This document shows positions 16,389-26,038 of a stretch of DNA of 32,000 nucleotides, piece after piece. The DNA is from Candidatus Heimdallarchaeota archaeon B3_Heim (GTDB lineage Archaea > Asgardarchaeota > Heimdallarchaeia > Hodarchaeales > Hodarchaeaceae): NCBI GenBank assembly GCA_003144275.1, contig NJBF01000007.1, positions 30,001 through 62,000 of the forward strand, read 5' to 3'. The notes below the pieces were generated by a model that saw nothing but the letters and a program-made list of their open reading frames with translations, made no database searches and was not told where the DNA came from. Within the stretch, counting starts at the first letter, position 1. Each line of letters starts with the position of its first letter. The translations under genes were made by a program, and so were the position numbers.

Positions 16389-18587
16389 GTGATTCAAATG
16401 AGTTCAGACGCTGAAAAAATAGAGAAATCAACTGAATTAGAGGAACTAGATCAACCTCAAACTGGATTAACAAAAAAATCGTTATTTATTGGATTAGTGA
16501 TCCTATTATTATGGGGACTAATGAGTATTTTTGCTGGTAACTTTGGAGAAGCTCCACATATTTTTATAGAGGAAATGAGTATCCTCTTCCCTTTCTTCCT
16601 GTTAATTTTCGGTCTTCAAGCTCTTGAAAGAGTACGAATAAGAGGTTTAAAACTAACCCGTCAAGAATTGACATTTATTTGGGGTTTATTAGTCGTTGGT
16701 ATTCCCATAACTAATTCTGGATTTCTTGCTGGAAGATTATTATTAAACGCCATGTATCCTCTACGGGGCGAATCACCTCCACCCTCGAATTTTGCACCAT
16801 TTTTCTGGGGACCTACGTCACCTGATGAGTATTATGCGGCGTTTGATGGCGGTGGTTTTCCTGATCTTGGTCAATGGTTACTACCACTTCTATTTTGGGC
16901 AATAACGTCTTTTGCTTGGGCTTTCATGTGTCTATTCTTAATACAAATCTTTAGAAAACCTTGGATTGATGTAGAAAGACTAGCTTTTCCACTTGCTCAG
17001 CCTGTTCAAGAACTTTTAGAAGCGCCACTAGCCAAGCCTCATGAAAGGAATAGGAGGTATACTTGGTTATCCTTTGGAGCTTTGCTAGGAATAATTTGGT
17101 CTTCATTTGAGTTTCTAAGAGTAGTTTATCCTGAATGGGGAGATATATTTGCAGATATCGATCTCTTAGGAATTAAACCAGGGAAGGCTTGGGCAGTGCG
17201 GATAGATTTCGGCCAGCTATTTGGTTTAAGTCAGTTTCTGCCTAATGCTTATCTTGAGTCACGGCCCGAACCAGTAATGATCGCTGTATTTCTTTTAGTA
17301 TCCTTAAATGTCCTGCTATCGTCAATAATTTTTTATTTACTATTTTGGGTGCTTATTCCGATATTTCAGACAGAAGCAGGTTTAATAGCGCCACCTACTG
17401 GGCCTCCTTGGGCATCACCTCCAGATATTGATTTAGGATTCGCAAAAGGTGGCGGAATGTCTCTCTTCACATTTGGTGAATGGGGAATCCTTTTTGGGTG
17501 CGCATTTTGGGCAATAATATTACAACGTCGGTATCTATGGAGAACAATAAAAGCAATCTGGGATCCCAGTGTTATAGATGAGTCAAACGAACCTATTCCT
17601 TATCGTGCGGCTTGGATTGGATTGTTCATCTGTTCTCTAATCTTCTTAATGGCTTTACTACTAAGTGGAGCACCTTTGATTGGTGGTATTTACGCCATCT
17701 TGTTCCTCCTGATAGCATATGTAGCAGGAGCAAGACTTAGAGCGGAAACAGCAGGTATGGGAATTGGTCACCCGGGATATGTTCATCTGCATGGCATGCA
17801 TTCAGTCCGAGTTCTCATAGGAACGGATAGTGATGGAAAACCGGTAGATCAACCTGGTTTCTATGTAACAGCGTTGTGGATACAATTCTTCCAGAGAGAT
17901 GCCGCTCCTGCTTCCCCTGCAATTTCAGCACTAGAGTCTTACAATATCGCTCGGATTACGAAGACACGAACTAGGGATATTTTCATTAGTCATTCTATTG
18001 GAGTAACCGCCATAATTATCTTATGTTTAACAGCTTGGCCTATTTTAACTTATTTCTATGGTCTGAGTAATGAATGGTCAGGAGAAGCAGGTCACTACTT
18101 CGATTATACTGAATCAGCTTATGAATTAGTAACTGGAGGTTTCTGGGATTTCACTAGCTATCGTGTTGATATTTGGGGACAGGCAATCTTAGGAATAGTT
18201 TTCGCAATCGGGTTAAACATTATTCGTCTAGGAAGCCCCTGGCTTCCTTTAAATCCAATCGCAGCTCCGATACTTCTAAGCCTTCGCGGTGGATATTGGT
18301 GGTTACCCATCTTAATAGCCTATATTCTCAAATATGGAGTAGTAAGAATTGGTGGTACACGAGCGTACACCACATTTCTATTACCTGCGGCTGTAGGATA
18401 TCTCTTAGGTACAGCTGGCATATGGGGTTTTTCACTGGTCTCTATTATGATTCCAGCAATCTTTCCGATGATAATATTTAATTCCTCAATGGAATTTATA
18501 TATTATAACGGTATAATCCTTTTGATTTGGATCGCTTCGATCTTAGGAGTAGCTTTCTTCTTCTTAAAAAGATTAATGCAGAGTTGA
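16389..18587 (+). CDS. Polytopic membrane protein, DUF6785/DUF6784-like, OPT-transporter-related (ATG 16398 possible)
   Basis: More than 14 hydrophobic segments. LTRQELTFIW; RKPWIDVERLAFPLAQPVQELL; C-terminal WLPLNPIAAP...IAYILKYGVVRIGGTRAY...LPAAVGYLLG, as I recall for DUF6785/6784 proteins. Confidence 0.78.
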   Translation: MIQMSSDAEKIEKSTELEELDQPQTGLTKKSLFIGLVILLLWGLMSIFAGNFGEAPHIFIEEMSILFPFFLLIFGLQALERVRIRGLKLTRQELTFIWGLLVVGIPITNSGFLAGRLLLNAMYPLRGESPPPSNFAPFFWGPTSPDEYYAAFDGGGFPDLGQWLLPLLFWAITSFAWAFMCLFLIQIFRKPWIDVERLAFPLAQPVQELLEAPLAKPHERNRRYTWLSFGALLGIIWSSFEFLRVVYPEWGDIFADIDLLGIKPGKAWAVRIDFGQLFGLSQFLPNAYLESRPEPVMIAVFLLVSLNVLLSSIIFYLLFWVLIPIFQTEAGLIAPPTGPPWASPPDIDLGFAKGGGMSLFTFGEWGILFGCAFWAIILQRRYLWRTIKAIWDPSVIDESNEPIPYRAAWIGLFICSLIFLMALLLSGAPLIGGIYAILFLLIAYVAGARLRAETAGMGIGHPGYVHLHGMHSVRVLIGTDSDGKPVDQPGFYVTALWIQFFQRDAAPASPAISALESYNIARITKTRTRDIFISHSIGVTAIIILCLTAWPILTYFYGLSNEWSGEAGHYFDYTESAYELVTGGFWDFTSYRVDIWGQAILGIVFAIGLNIIRLGSPWLPLNPIAAPILLSLRGGYWWLPILIAYILKYGVVRIGGTRAYTTFLLPAAVGYLLGTAGIWGFSLVSIMIPAIFPMIIFNSSMEFIYYNGIILLIWIASILGVAFFFLKRLMQS

Positions 18588-18641
18588 GAATAGACCAAGA
18601 TCTGATGGAAGACCCAGTCATGTAATTAAAATAGGAGAATA

Positions 18642-21600
18642 ATGATCTTGAAATTTGCCAGAATTTTATTCTTCTTTTTTTTCCTATTCTCCCTAGTAGC
18701 AAGCAATCATGTTTTCTTTGAGGATGGATATATTCAGGAAGATAGAGAAGAACAAATTGATAATCAAACAGAATTAGATATGTTTAACTCAATTTCTAAA
18801 ACAAACGAATTTCCAGGATATGAAGGATTAAGTGACCAAATCAATGAAACTTATTATGCAAATATACAAAGTCATATAACAAACTTCTCTACGTTTGATC
18901 AAAGTCGGTTTACTGGATATCCCGGGTATGAGTACGCAGCTAATTATATCCGAGATTTTTTTATCAGTCAAAACTTAGAGAATACTTCTTTCCTTACTTA
19001 TCCTCTTTTAGTTCCGATTGATAAAAACACTATGATTGAAGTGAATGGAAAAAATTTCACAGCACACACTCTCATGCCTAATTCACTCAATCCTAGCAAA
19101 ATTTCTTCAAATGGAACATCTGGTACCTTGATTTATGGAGGTACAGGTTCCTATTCTGATTTAAACGGTAAAAAGATTGAAGATGCGATTGTAGTACTTG
19201 AGTTTAATTCCTTGGGCAATTGGATAAATGTAGCGAGTCTAGGAGCGAGTGGAGTTGTTTTTCTACCTACTAACGACACAAATCGCTTTGAAGCTGAAGA
19301 AAAAGTTTTGGATATCCCACTTCACTTCCCAAGGCTCTATATTGAAAACCAAACGACTGCTACGACATTAAAAAACTTATCAATGCAAGGAGATCAACAA
19401 GTCACGATTTTTTCCAATATGGAATGGACTTCGATAGCTGCTAAGAATGTGATAGGATTATTACCTGGTAAAAGTGAAGATATTATTATTGTCTCGGCTT
19501 ATTTTGATTCAGCGTCAATAGTTCCATCTATCGCTCCTGGTGCAGATGAAGCTTGTGGCATTGCTACTATGTTAGAGTTTATTCGTATCATTAATGATAA
19601 TAATATCGTTCCTGAAAAAACAATTATGTTTTTAGCCCTTTCAGGACATAATCAACAGGCTGCTGGAGCAAGAAATTTCGTGGATCAGAATTATAGCTCC
19701 TTAAATTTAAACAAAGGGATAAAACTATTTCTTTCATTCGATCTTTCGACTACTAACGATAAAATAGCTATCAATCCATATGGTTACTTATACAAATTCC
19801 AACTCCAATATACCACAGGAAATCGACTTATTACGAAATTGAAAGATATTGCTGAAGATTTACTTCTCACTTACACAGATGAAATAATGAGTGAATCGGG
19901 CTATTCTTTTAATGTAAAATCTTATGTTACGAACAAAGAGTTTAGGGATATTGCCCCTATTAATTTTGTTGGTGATCATGAACCTTTCATTGCATCTAAT
20001 GTATTAGGATTATCATTATTTACGTCAGAGTCCCATCGCTTAAGATATAATACACCCACCGATTTATACACACAAATTTCCCCTAAGCAATATGATTATC
20101 TGAAAAATCAAGCAGTGTATACCATTTGTGCTTTAACTCAACTAATCATTGATGAAGAACTTAATCCAATTTTAGAAAACCTTGAAAACAAAAAATTCTC
20201 ATTAAAAGTTGCCACAAATGCTCATGTTGGTTACGGATATATTGAAGGGTTCGTAAAACAATATGATAAAACAAATGCATGGTTAATTAATGTTCCAAAC
20301 GCTCTTGTTAGAATCAGATCCTACAACAGTCGTGATAGTAGTTTTGGAGAATACTCTTACATTACCAGAGCGGATAAAACAGGTTATTACCAAATCCAAG
20401 GAGTTTCATCATCACAACCCGATTATCCCCTAGAATTTGTAGCTGAAGCATATTTATTTGATTCTGATGGAAATTTAATAAAAGCAATTGATCTCGGCAC
20501 GCAAGGCCAATATTTCAAAAATTCAAATGCACTTACAAAACGCAAAACAACTGTAAATCCCACTGTTTTTGATTGCAGCACGCTAGGGATCTTTGGAATT
20601 TACCACCCATTTACACAAGTCAGTGCTGCCCAAAACCTTGATTATAAGATCTTGGATCCGCAAACACGAAATCAGTTCTTCTCTTACGGATATACTGGCT
20701 CAAAAACCGTGAGTTTAGTATTCCTACAACCAGATGTTCCTTCTATTGCGGTAGGAGTATATAATGATGGAATACTAGGTGTATATGCTACAAATTCAGA
20801 TAATCAAACTTTACGAGGAAAAGGTTATACAATAGGACAGGGAGAGTATAAAAATCTTGGTTTCTCCTCATTTATTACCGCAAGAGATTTCCTATCAATT
20901 ACTCAGACGTATATCTCATTGTACAGTCAGTATAATATTTATGATGCTTTAGTTGAGCTTACATATCAAACTGCCTCTGAGTTGTTGAACACTGCAAACG
21001 TTTTGAAAACCAATTATCAATATTCGCAGTCGATTGCGACAATAATCGAATCACAGACATGGGCTTATGATTCTTTTAGACAAGCAAGAAAAGTTATACA
21101 GGATGGAACCACCACATCTATATTCTTTGCTGTTCTCCTAATACCATTTGCTTTTGCACTATCTGCATTATTATTTAATTTCGATAGCGGTATGAAACGA
21201 ATATTAGCTACTAGCGCAATCTATGCTGCTGGATTTGGATTTTTCTATTTAATCCATCCAGGAATGCACCTCTCAAAGAATATTGCTATGATAATATTAG
21301 GCGTAGTAGCGACAATATTTGTATTTCCAGCCCTATTCATGATTTATCAGGAGGGTTATGATTACCTCAAGAGTATACGTATCAAACAACTCGGATCACA
21401 TTTTGCTGACACTTCACGAACCTCGACTTTGTTAATAGCCATGAGTACAGGCATCTCAAGGATGAAAAAGCGAAAAGGAAGGACAGTCATTGCTTTATCA
21501 GGGATAGTTCTCATTACTTTTTCCTTAACTCTTTTCACATCTGCCACTACTCAAATTGCTACATATTCAAAAGGAGAAAGCCAAAATATTGACTATGATG

Positions 21601-23147
21601 GCATTTATATCAAGACAAAGGATTGGGAATATCCACTCCCAGAAGAAATAATCACTAATTTAAAAGTTAAATATGAAGACGATATTCAAATCGCATCACG
21701 ATGGTGGCTGTATCCACCCTCAGATTTATCAGCTTTCCCAAATGGTTATGTAAAAGTTGAGACTCCAGAGGGGGATAGGAAGTGGGAAGGTTCCGCAATA
21801 TTAGGTATGACAGCTGTTGAACAGAATTTTCATCCTATCGAGACATTGCTAATAGCTGGACGATGGTTTACAAGCACGAATAGTTCAGAATGTTCACTAG
21901 TTAATTATATCAGTGATAAATTAGATGTATCGATCAATGAAACAGTTTTTTGGGCTGGACAAGAATTTACGGTTGTTGGAATAATTGATTCTAATGGATT
22001 TGAAAGGCTCAAAGATTACGACGGCGAAAAAATGACTCCCAAAAACAATCATGCCCCAGCTCCAAACGTTCATATATTAGCAAATGATACTTTTATATTA
22101 CCTGCTTATACTGTCAAGTCTTTTGGAGGAACCCTTTCCTCTATTTCGATTACAGCAGCAAACCAATCTTTTCATGAACTTTTTTTATATGAGGAGATCG
22201 CTAGAACAATTTCCTCAACTTATGGCCGAAACTTGCAGGTTAGAGTAGGGTTTGATGATGAAGTAACGATTTTTAAACGACAGCTCCAAAGTCTTGGGCA
22301 GGGTTTAGGAGATCTCGGAATTCCACTATTAATAGCCGTCCTATTGATGATTAATACTTCAGTAAGTACTGTGTACGAGTCAAAAAAGGAAATAAATACA
22401 TTTACCTCATTAGGATTGGCACCAATTCATATTGCTGGTCTATTCTTAGCAGAATTTCTAGTTTATGCAATTCTTGGCTCTGTGATAGGATATCTAATGG
22501 GTATTACATCTGCTGTCATACTTTCGACTTTAGGAATTCTTCCCGATTCTTTAGCAATAAATTATTCGTCAGGATCAATAGTCTCTGCCTTAGGTTTAGG
22601 AATGGGTGGAATTCTCCTTAGTACAATATATCCACTAAGAATTTCAGCAAAAATGTCTGTTCCTTCTGTCCGACGATCATGGGAGTTAAAAACAACTTAT
22701 GAAGATGATGGTAAAACTTGGAATATTCCTCTTCCCTTTGTAGCTGCAACTGAACAGGAAGCAGAGGGGATCATTGAATTTTTAAGGGAATATTTCTTCA
22801 TTTTTGAATCAGAAAGTGTTGGAGGAGCATTTTTTGCGCAAAAGATTTCAACTAGTGAGACTGATCAAGAAAGAAAGGAAAAACATCTGACTGCAGTTGT
22901 TAACTTGGCACCTTTCGATGCAGGTCTGAAACAAAAGGTCGATATTTTCACCTACCTTGAGGAGATCAAATATCATTATGTTTTCGAAATTAATTTAGTA
23001 CGGCAAGAAGGAATTCTATTAGCTTGGGAATCTTCTGTTAGACGATTCGTTGATAGTATTAGAAAACAGTTATTAATCTGGCGAAGTCTTCCCAAAGAAG
23101 AAAAGGCACTTAAATCTGAGAAGTTCAGATCGAATTTACAACAATGA
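18642..23147 (+). CDS. Fusion protein: signal/anchor, PA domain, degenerate M28 peptidase domain, beta-sandwich domains, TM bundle, MacB-type ectodomain, FtsX permease, cytoplasmic tail
   Basis: AGGAG RBS at 18633-18637. PA: GTLIYGGTG...IVVLEFNS...LGASGVVF. M28-like: SAYFDS...PGADEACGIATMLE, LSGHNQQ, GDHEPF, YNTPTD. MacB TM1: MKKRKGRTVIALSGIV. FtsX: KKEINTFTSLGLAPIHIAGLFLAEFLVYAILG. About 15 N-x-S/T sequons. Confidence 0.85.
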   Translation: MILKFARILFFFFFLFSLVASNHVFFEDGYIQEDREEQIDNQTELDMFNSISKTNEFPGYEGLSDQINETYYANIQSHITNFSTFDQSRFTGYPGYEYAANYIRDFFISQNLENTSFLTYPLLVPIDKNTMIEVNGKNFTAHTLMPNSLNPSKISSNGTSGTLIYGGTGSYSDLNGKKIEDAIVVLEFNSLGNWINVASLGASGVVFLPTNDTNRFEAEEKVLDIPLHFPRLYIENQTTATTLKNLSMQGDQQVTIFSNMEWTSIAAKNVIGLLPGKSEDIIIVSAYFDSASIVPSIAPGADEACGIATMLEFIRIINDNNIVPEKTIMFLALSGHNQQAAGARNFVDQNYSSLNLNKGIKLFLSFDLSTTNDKIAINPYGYLYKFQLQYTTGNRLITKLKDIAEDLLLTYTDEIMSESGYSFNVKSYVTNKEFRDIAPINFVGDHEPFIASNVLGLSLFTSESHRLRYNTPTDLYTQISPKQYDYLKNQAVYTICALTQLIIDEELNPILENLENKKFSLKVATNAHVGYGYIEGFVKQYDKTNAWLINVPNALVRIRSYNSRDSSFGEYSYITRADKTGYYQIQGVSSSQPDYPLEFVAEAYLFDSDGNLIKAIDLGTQGQYFKNSNALTKRKTTVNPTVFDCSTLGIFGIYHPFTQVSAAQNLDYKILDPQTRNQFFSYGYTGSKTVSLVFLQPDVPSIAVGVYNDGILGVYATNSDNQTLRGKGYTIGQGEYKNLGFSSFITARDFLSITQTYISLYSQYNIYDALVELTYQTASELLNTANVLKTNYQYSQSIATIIESQTWAYDSFRQARKVIQDGTTTSIFFAVLLIPFAFALSALLFNFDSGMKRILATSAIYAAGFGFFYLIHPGMHLSKNIAMIILGVVATIFVFPALFMIYQEGYDYLKSIRIKQLGSHFADTSRTSTLLIAMSTGISRMKKRKGRTVIALSGIVLITFSLTLFTSATTQIATYSKGESQNIDYDGIYIKTKDWEYPLPEEIITNLKVKYEDDIQIASRWWLYPPSDLSAFPNGYVKVETPEGDRKWEGSAILGMTAVEQNFHPIETLLIAGRWFTSTNSSECSLVNYISDKLDVSINETVFWAGQEFTVVGIIDSNGFERLKDYDGEKMTPKNNHAPAPNVHILANDTFILPAYTVKSFGGTLSSISITAANQSFHELFLYEEIARTISSTYGRNLQVRVGFDDEVTIFKRQLQSLGQGLGDLGIPLLIAVLLMINTSVSTVYESKKEINTFTSLGLAPIHIAGLFLAEFLVYAILGSVIGYLMGITSAVILSTLGILPDSLAINYSSGSIVSALGLGMGGILLSTIYPLRISAKMSVPSVRRSWELKTTYEDDGKTWNIPLPFVAATEQEAEGIIEFLREYFFIFESESVGGAFFAQKISTSETDQERKEKHLTAVVNLAPFDAGLKQKVDIFTYLEEIKYHYVFEINLVRQEGILLAWESSVRRFVDSIRKQLLIWRSLPKEEKALKSEKFRSNLQQ

Positions 23148-23165
23148 TACAGAGGGCTGCAAAAT

Positions 23166-25067
23166 ATGAGTGAAAATAGTGAAATCAAGGATGGGGTGAT
23201 AAAGACTGAAGGACCCAAAGAGAACTATCAAAGTGGATTTACATGGCGAGTTGGCCTAGCAATAGTTTATTCCGCTGTTATTATTCAACCCGCTGCAATC
23301 TACTTATATTTTGTAACTAATCAATGGTTTATCGGTGCTGTTCTAAATACAACCATTGTATTATTCGCTGTTTTTGCTAAATTAGCTGATAATCCTCTAA
23401 GCAAACAAGAAGTCTTCATGCTAATTAATGTTACGAGTACAGCACTTGGGATGGAAATGATTGTACTTTTAGTCTTTAATTATTATTTAAGACACCACCC
23501 TATTATTAGCTCTCAGATCATCAACGGTGTTCCACTCACAGCTTTGATACCTGATTGGTTCGCCCCTGCATATTTTGGCCCTCTTGAAACTTTACTAAAT
23601 CCAGTGTTTATCCTCCCGTTGGGTTTGTTAATAATCACTGCTCTTTTGGCCAAATCAACTGATATTTCCCTCGGAATTGTATTCAACTACTTATACACTA
23701 AAGTTGAAGTATTACCGTTTCCAACAGCTGAAGTTGAAGCCGAAAGAGCTAAAGCACTCACATGGGAGGATAAGAAGAAGTTACAAGTTTTTTCCATCAG
23801 TGCAATAATAGCAAGTTTTGCGGGGTTAATTCTCTACTTTTTCCCGTTAGTTTTTGATATCACTTTGATTCCCATTCCTTGGTTTGATTTCACGCCGTCT
23901 GTTGAAGGATTTTTGAATGGTGCAACATTTGGAATTGCAACAGACATTATTTTCTTTGTCACTGGATTTATTCTTCCTATGAGCGTTGTAGTGAGCATTC
24001 TAATAGGATCACTCTTCGTTAACTTTCTTGTGAATCCATTACTTGTTGCAAATAACATTGATATTGGATGGGAAAAAGGTATGTCACTTATAGATACATT
24101 TAATAACTCCCAGCTAAATTTCTGGCTTCCGTGGACAATTGGATTACTCTTGAGTTCTGCTTTAATTCCAATATTACGTAATCCTAAGATCTTTATAACC
24201 ACTATAAAGGATTTGAGAAAACTTTCAAGAGGAAAGGGAGAAGAGTTAGAAGGAGGGGCTCCAAAATTGAGTGTTTTGTTTGGATTTTTTGTATTGGGAA
24301 CTTTAGGTTCTGTAGCTGTCGCTTGGTTGTTTATTCCTGATCTTTCACAGCAAATGATTGTTATTCTTATAATACTAACTCTGGGTTGGAGTTTTCTGTC
24401 TTCTTTAACTATGGCATATGCTTTTGGGATAACAGCAAACCTTCCAGTTATACCGTACGTCAAAGAATCGGCTTTTGTGGCAGCTAATGCGCCCATTGGT
24501 GGCCAAATTTGGTTTATACCTTTAGTGATTTCACAAGGAGGAGCAGGATGGGTAGCTACTTTCAAAACAGCCGACTTAACTTATACCAAAAGAGGGAGCT
24601 TGATCAAAGCGCATTTCTTGGCCTCATTCGTTGCTTGGATAGCTGGTATCTTCTGGGTATCGGCCCTTCTTTCGATTGCTCAGGTTCCCTCTGTTATTTT
24701 TCCAGCTCCTTTTTGGCCATTAGAGGTTGGTAAAATAGCCACCTTTGTTACAAATCCAACTGCAGTCATTGATCCTCTTATTATCGGAATTGCTTTTATT
24801 ATCACACTCTTCTTATATTTTCTAGAGTGGGGAACAATACTCCCACTATCAGTTATTTCATTCTCTGTGGGAACTATAACAGTTATTCCTTATGCGTTTA
24901 CAACATTTTTAGGTGCCCTCTTTGCCCAAATTCTTAAAACTCGTATGGAGAACTGGAATACAAATCGAGCAGTTATTTTAGCTGGTGTAGGAGCAGGAGT
25001 CGGGATTGTAATTGCTCTGGCTACTTTCTTGTCCTTAATTAAAAATACAATTGCTTTGCCATTATAG
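23166..25067 (+). CDS. OPT (oligopeptide transporter) superfamily-like polytopic membrane protein
   Basis: SGFTWRVGLAIVYSAVIIQPAAIYL, LSKQEVFML, KVEVLPFPTAEVEAERAKAL, GFILPMSVV. About 15 TM segments. Follows the fusion gene after 18 nt. Confidence 0.78.
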   Translation: MSENSEIKDGVIKTEGPKENYQSGFTWRVGLAIVYSAVIIQPAAIYLYFVTNQWFIGAVLNTTIVLFAVFAKLADNPLSKQEVFMLINVTSTALGMEMIVLLVFNYYLRHHPIISSQIINGVPLTALIPDWFAPAYFGPLETLLNPVFILPLGLLIITALLAKSTDISLGIVFNYLYTKVEVLPFPTAEVEAERAKALTWEDKKKLQVFSISAIIASFAGLILYFFPLVFDITLIPIPWFDFTPSVEGFLNGATFGIATDIIFFVTGFILPMSVVVSILIGSLFVNFLVNPLLVANNIDIGWEKGMSLIDTFNNSQLNFWLPWTIGLLLSSALIPILRNPKIFITTIKDLRKLSRGKGEELEGGAPKLSVLFGFFVLGTLGSVAVAWLFIPDLSQQMIVILIILTLGWSFLSSLTMAYAFGITANLPVIPYVKESAFVAANAPIGGQIWFIPLVISQGGAGWVATFKTADLTYTKRGSLIKAHFLASFVAWIAGIFWVSALLSIAQVPSVIFPAPFWPLEVGKIATFVTNPTAVIDPLIIGIAFIITLFLYFLEWGTILPLSVISFSVGTITVIPYAFTTFLGALFAQILKTRMENWNTNRAVILAGVGAGVGIVIALATFLSLIKNTIALPL

Positions 25068-25185
25068 GGGTATTAACAGTCAAGTAATTAACAAACAAAT
25101 ATGGGCAAATAGACCAAGAGAAATGTAACAACAAAGGAAGGGCGGATAGAAGCAGAATTAGCGCCAGTCTTTCAGAACGGTAATA

Positions 25186-25866
25186 TTATAATCTGGCTTC
25201 AGTTTCTTTTGTAATTCTTTGTACGTTGATAGAAATATCTTCTAAAAGTTCGATGATTAGATCCAGTGTCTGAAAATATTTCTTTTTTGAAAAAATCACA
25301 TCAATAAATTTCTCAATACTTATATTCCAAATAAGTTCAGAGGGAGATTCGTATCTTTCTTTAAATTTGCGAGAATATTCGTCAAGATCTTTTGTAATAA
25401 TTGGTTGTGAGAAGAGCCGAACTGATAACTGATCTGGCACAATTTTGTGAATACATTGCAAAAGTGAGCTTTCTTGGTTTAAAATTTCAACTAATGATGA
25501 GTTTATGTATACATTCGTATTCTCATTCTGTAAATATTCAAGAAAAGGAGAGGAGTGGAACCGATAATTTTTCCTAACAAATCCTGTTCTTTCTAGCTCA
25601 CATTCATATCCCTTAAGGCGTTGAAAGAGAAGAATATTTTCAGAAGAGAAGTTTTCTTTATCAATTATTACTACTGAGGCTGTGAATTCCCAAGATTTAT
25701 CAGAAGAATATGAAAGTCGTTTGGATCTAACAAGTATCGAATTAAAATGGTAGCCTGATTTAGGAACTAAAATACTTGCCCCTAGATCGGAAATTTGCCA
25801 GTCCCCGTACTTGGACATGTACTTAGCAAAGGGAGCTAATAGGCCGTCACTGTAAGATTCAACCAT
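25186..25866 (-). CDS. Hypothetical soluble protein (226 aa)
   Basis: Non-overlapping ORF filling the gap between the OPT-like gene and 26039. No recognisable motif. Confidence 0.65.
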   Translation of the reverse strand: MVESYSDGLLAPFAKYMSKYGDWQISDLGASILVPKSGYHFNSILVRSKRLSYSSDKSWEFTASVVIIDKENFSSENILLFQRLKGYECELERTGFVRKNYRFHSSPFLEYLQNENTNVYINSSLVEILNQESSLLQCIHKIVPDQLSVRLFSQPIITKDLDEYSRKFKERYESPSELIWNISIEKFIDVIFSKKKYFQTLDLIIELLEDISINVQRITKETEARL

Positions 25867-26038
25867 ACAAACTCATCAGGATTAATTGTGTTTTGATGGA
25901 CTTAGTCTGGGGTTTAAGATTCATTTGTTCCCCTTAAGGCGTATTACTTTGTACAGGAAATACTCTTTTAAACAACTCTTATTTCATAATTTGTTCAATA
26001 AAACAAAAAACTTACTTGTTTCTTTGCGGTGAATTCCC

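Noticed and set aside
23834-24565. 243-aa antisense ORF inside the OPT-like gene
   Set aside because: It is a shadow of a hydrophobic membrane-protein gene (few antisense stops) and has no motif or RBS.
25040-25185. Hydrophobic open frame continuing past the TAA of the 226-aa gene (YYRSERLALILLLSALPLLLHFSW...), suggesting readthrough or a nonsense mutation
   Set aside because: The minus strand here is T-rich, as expected for a terminator region, which yields hydrophobic codons by itself. The frame also runs into the convergent gene.
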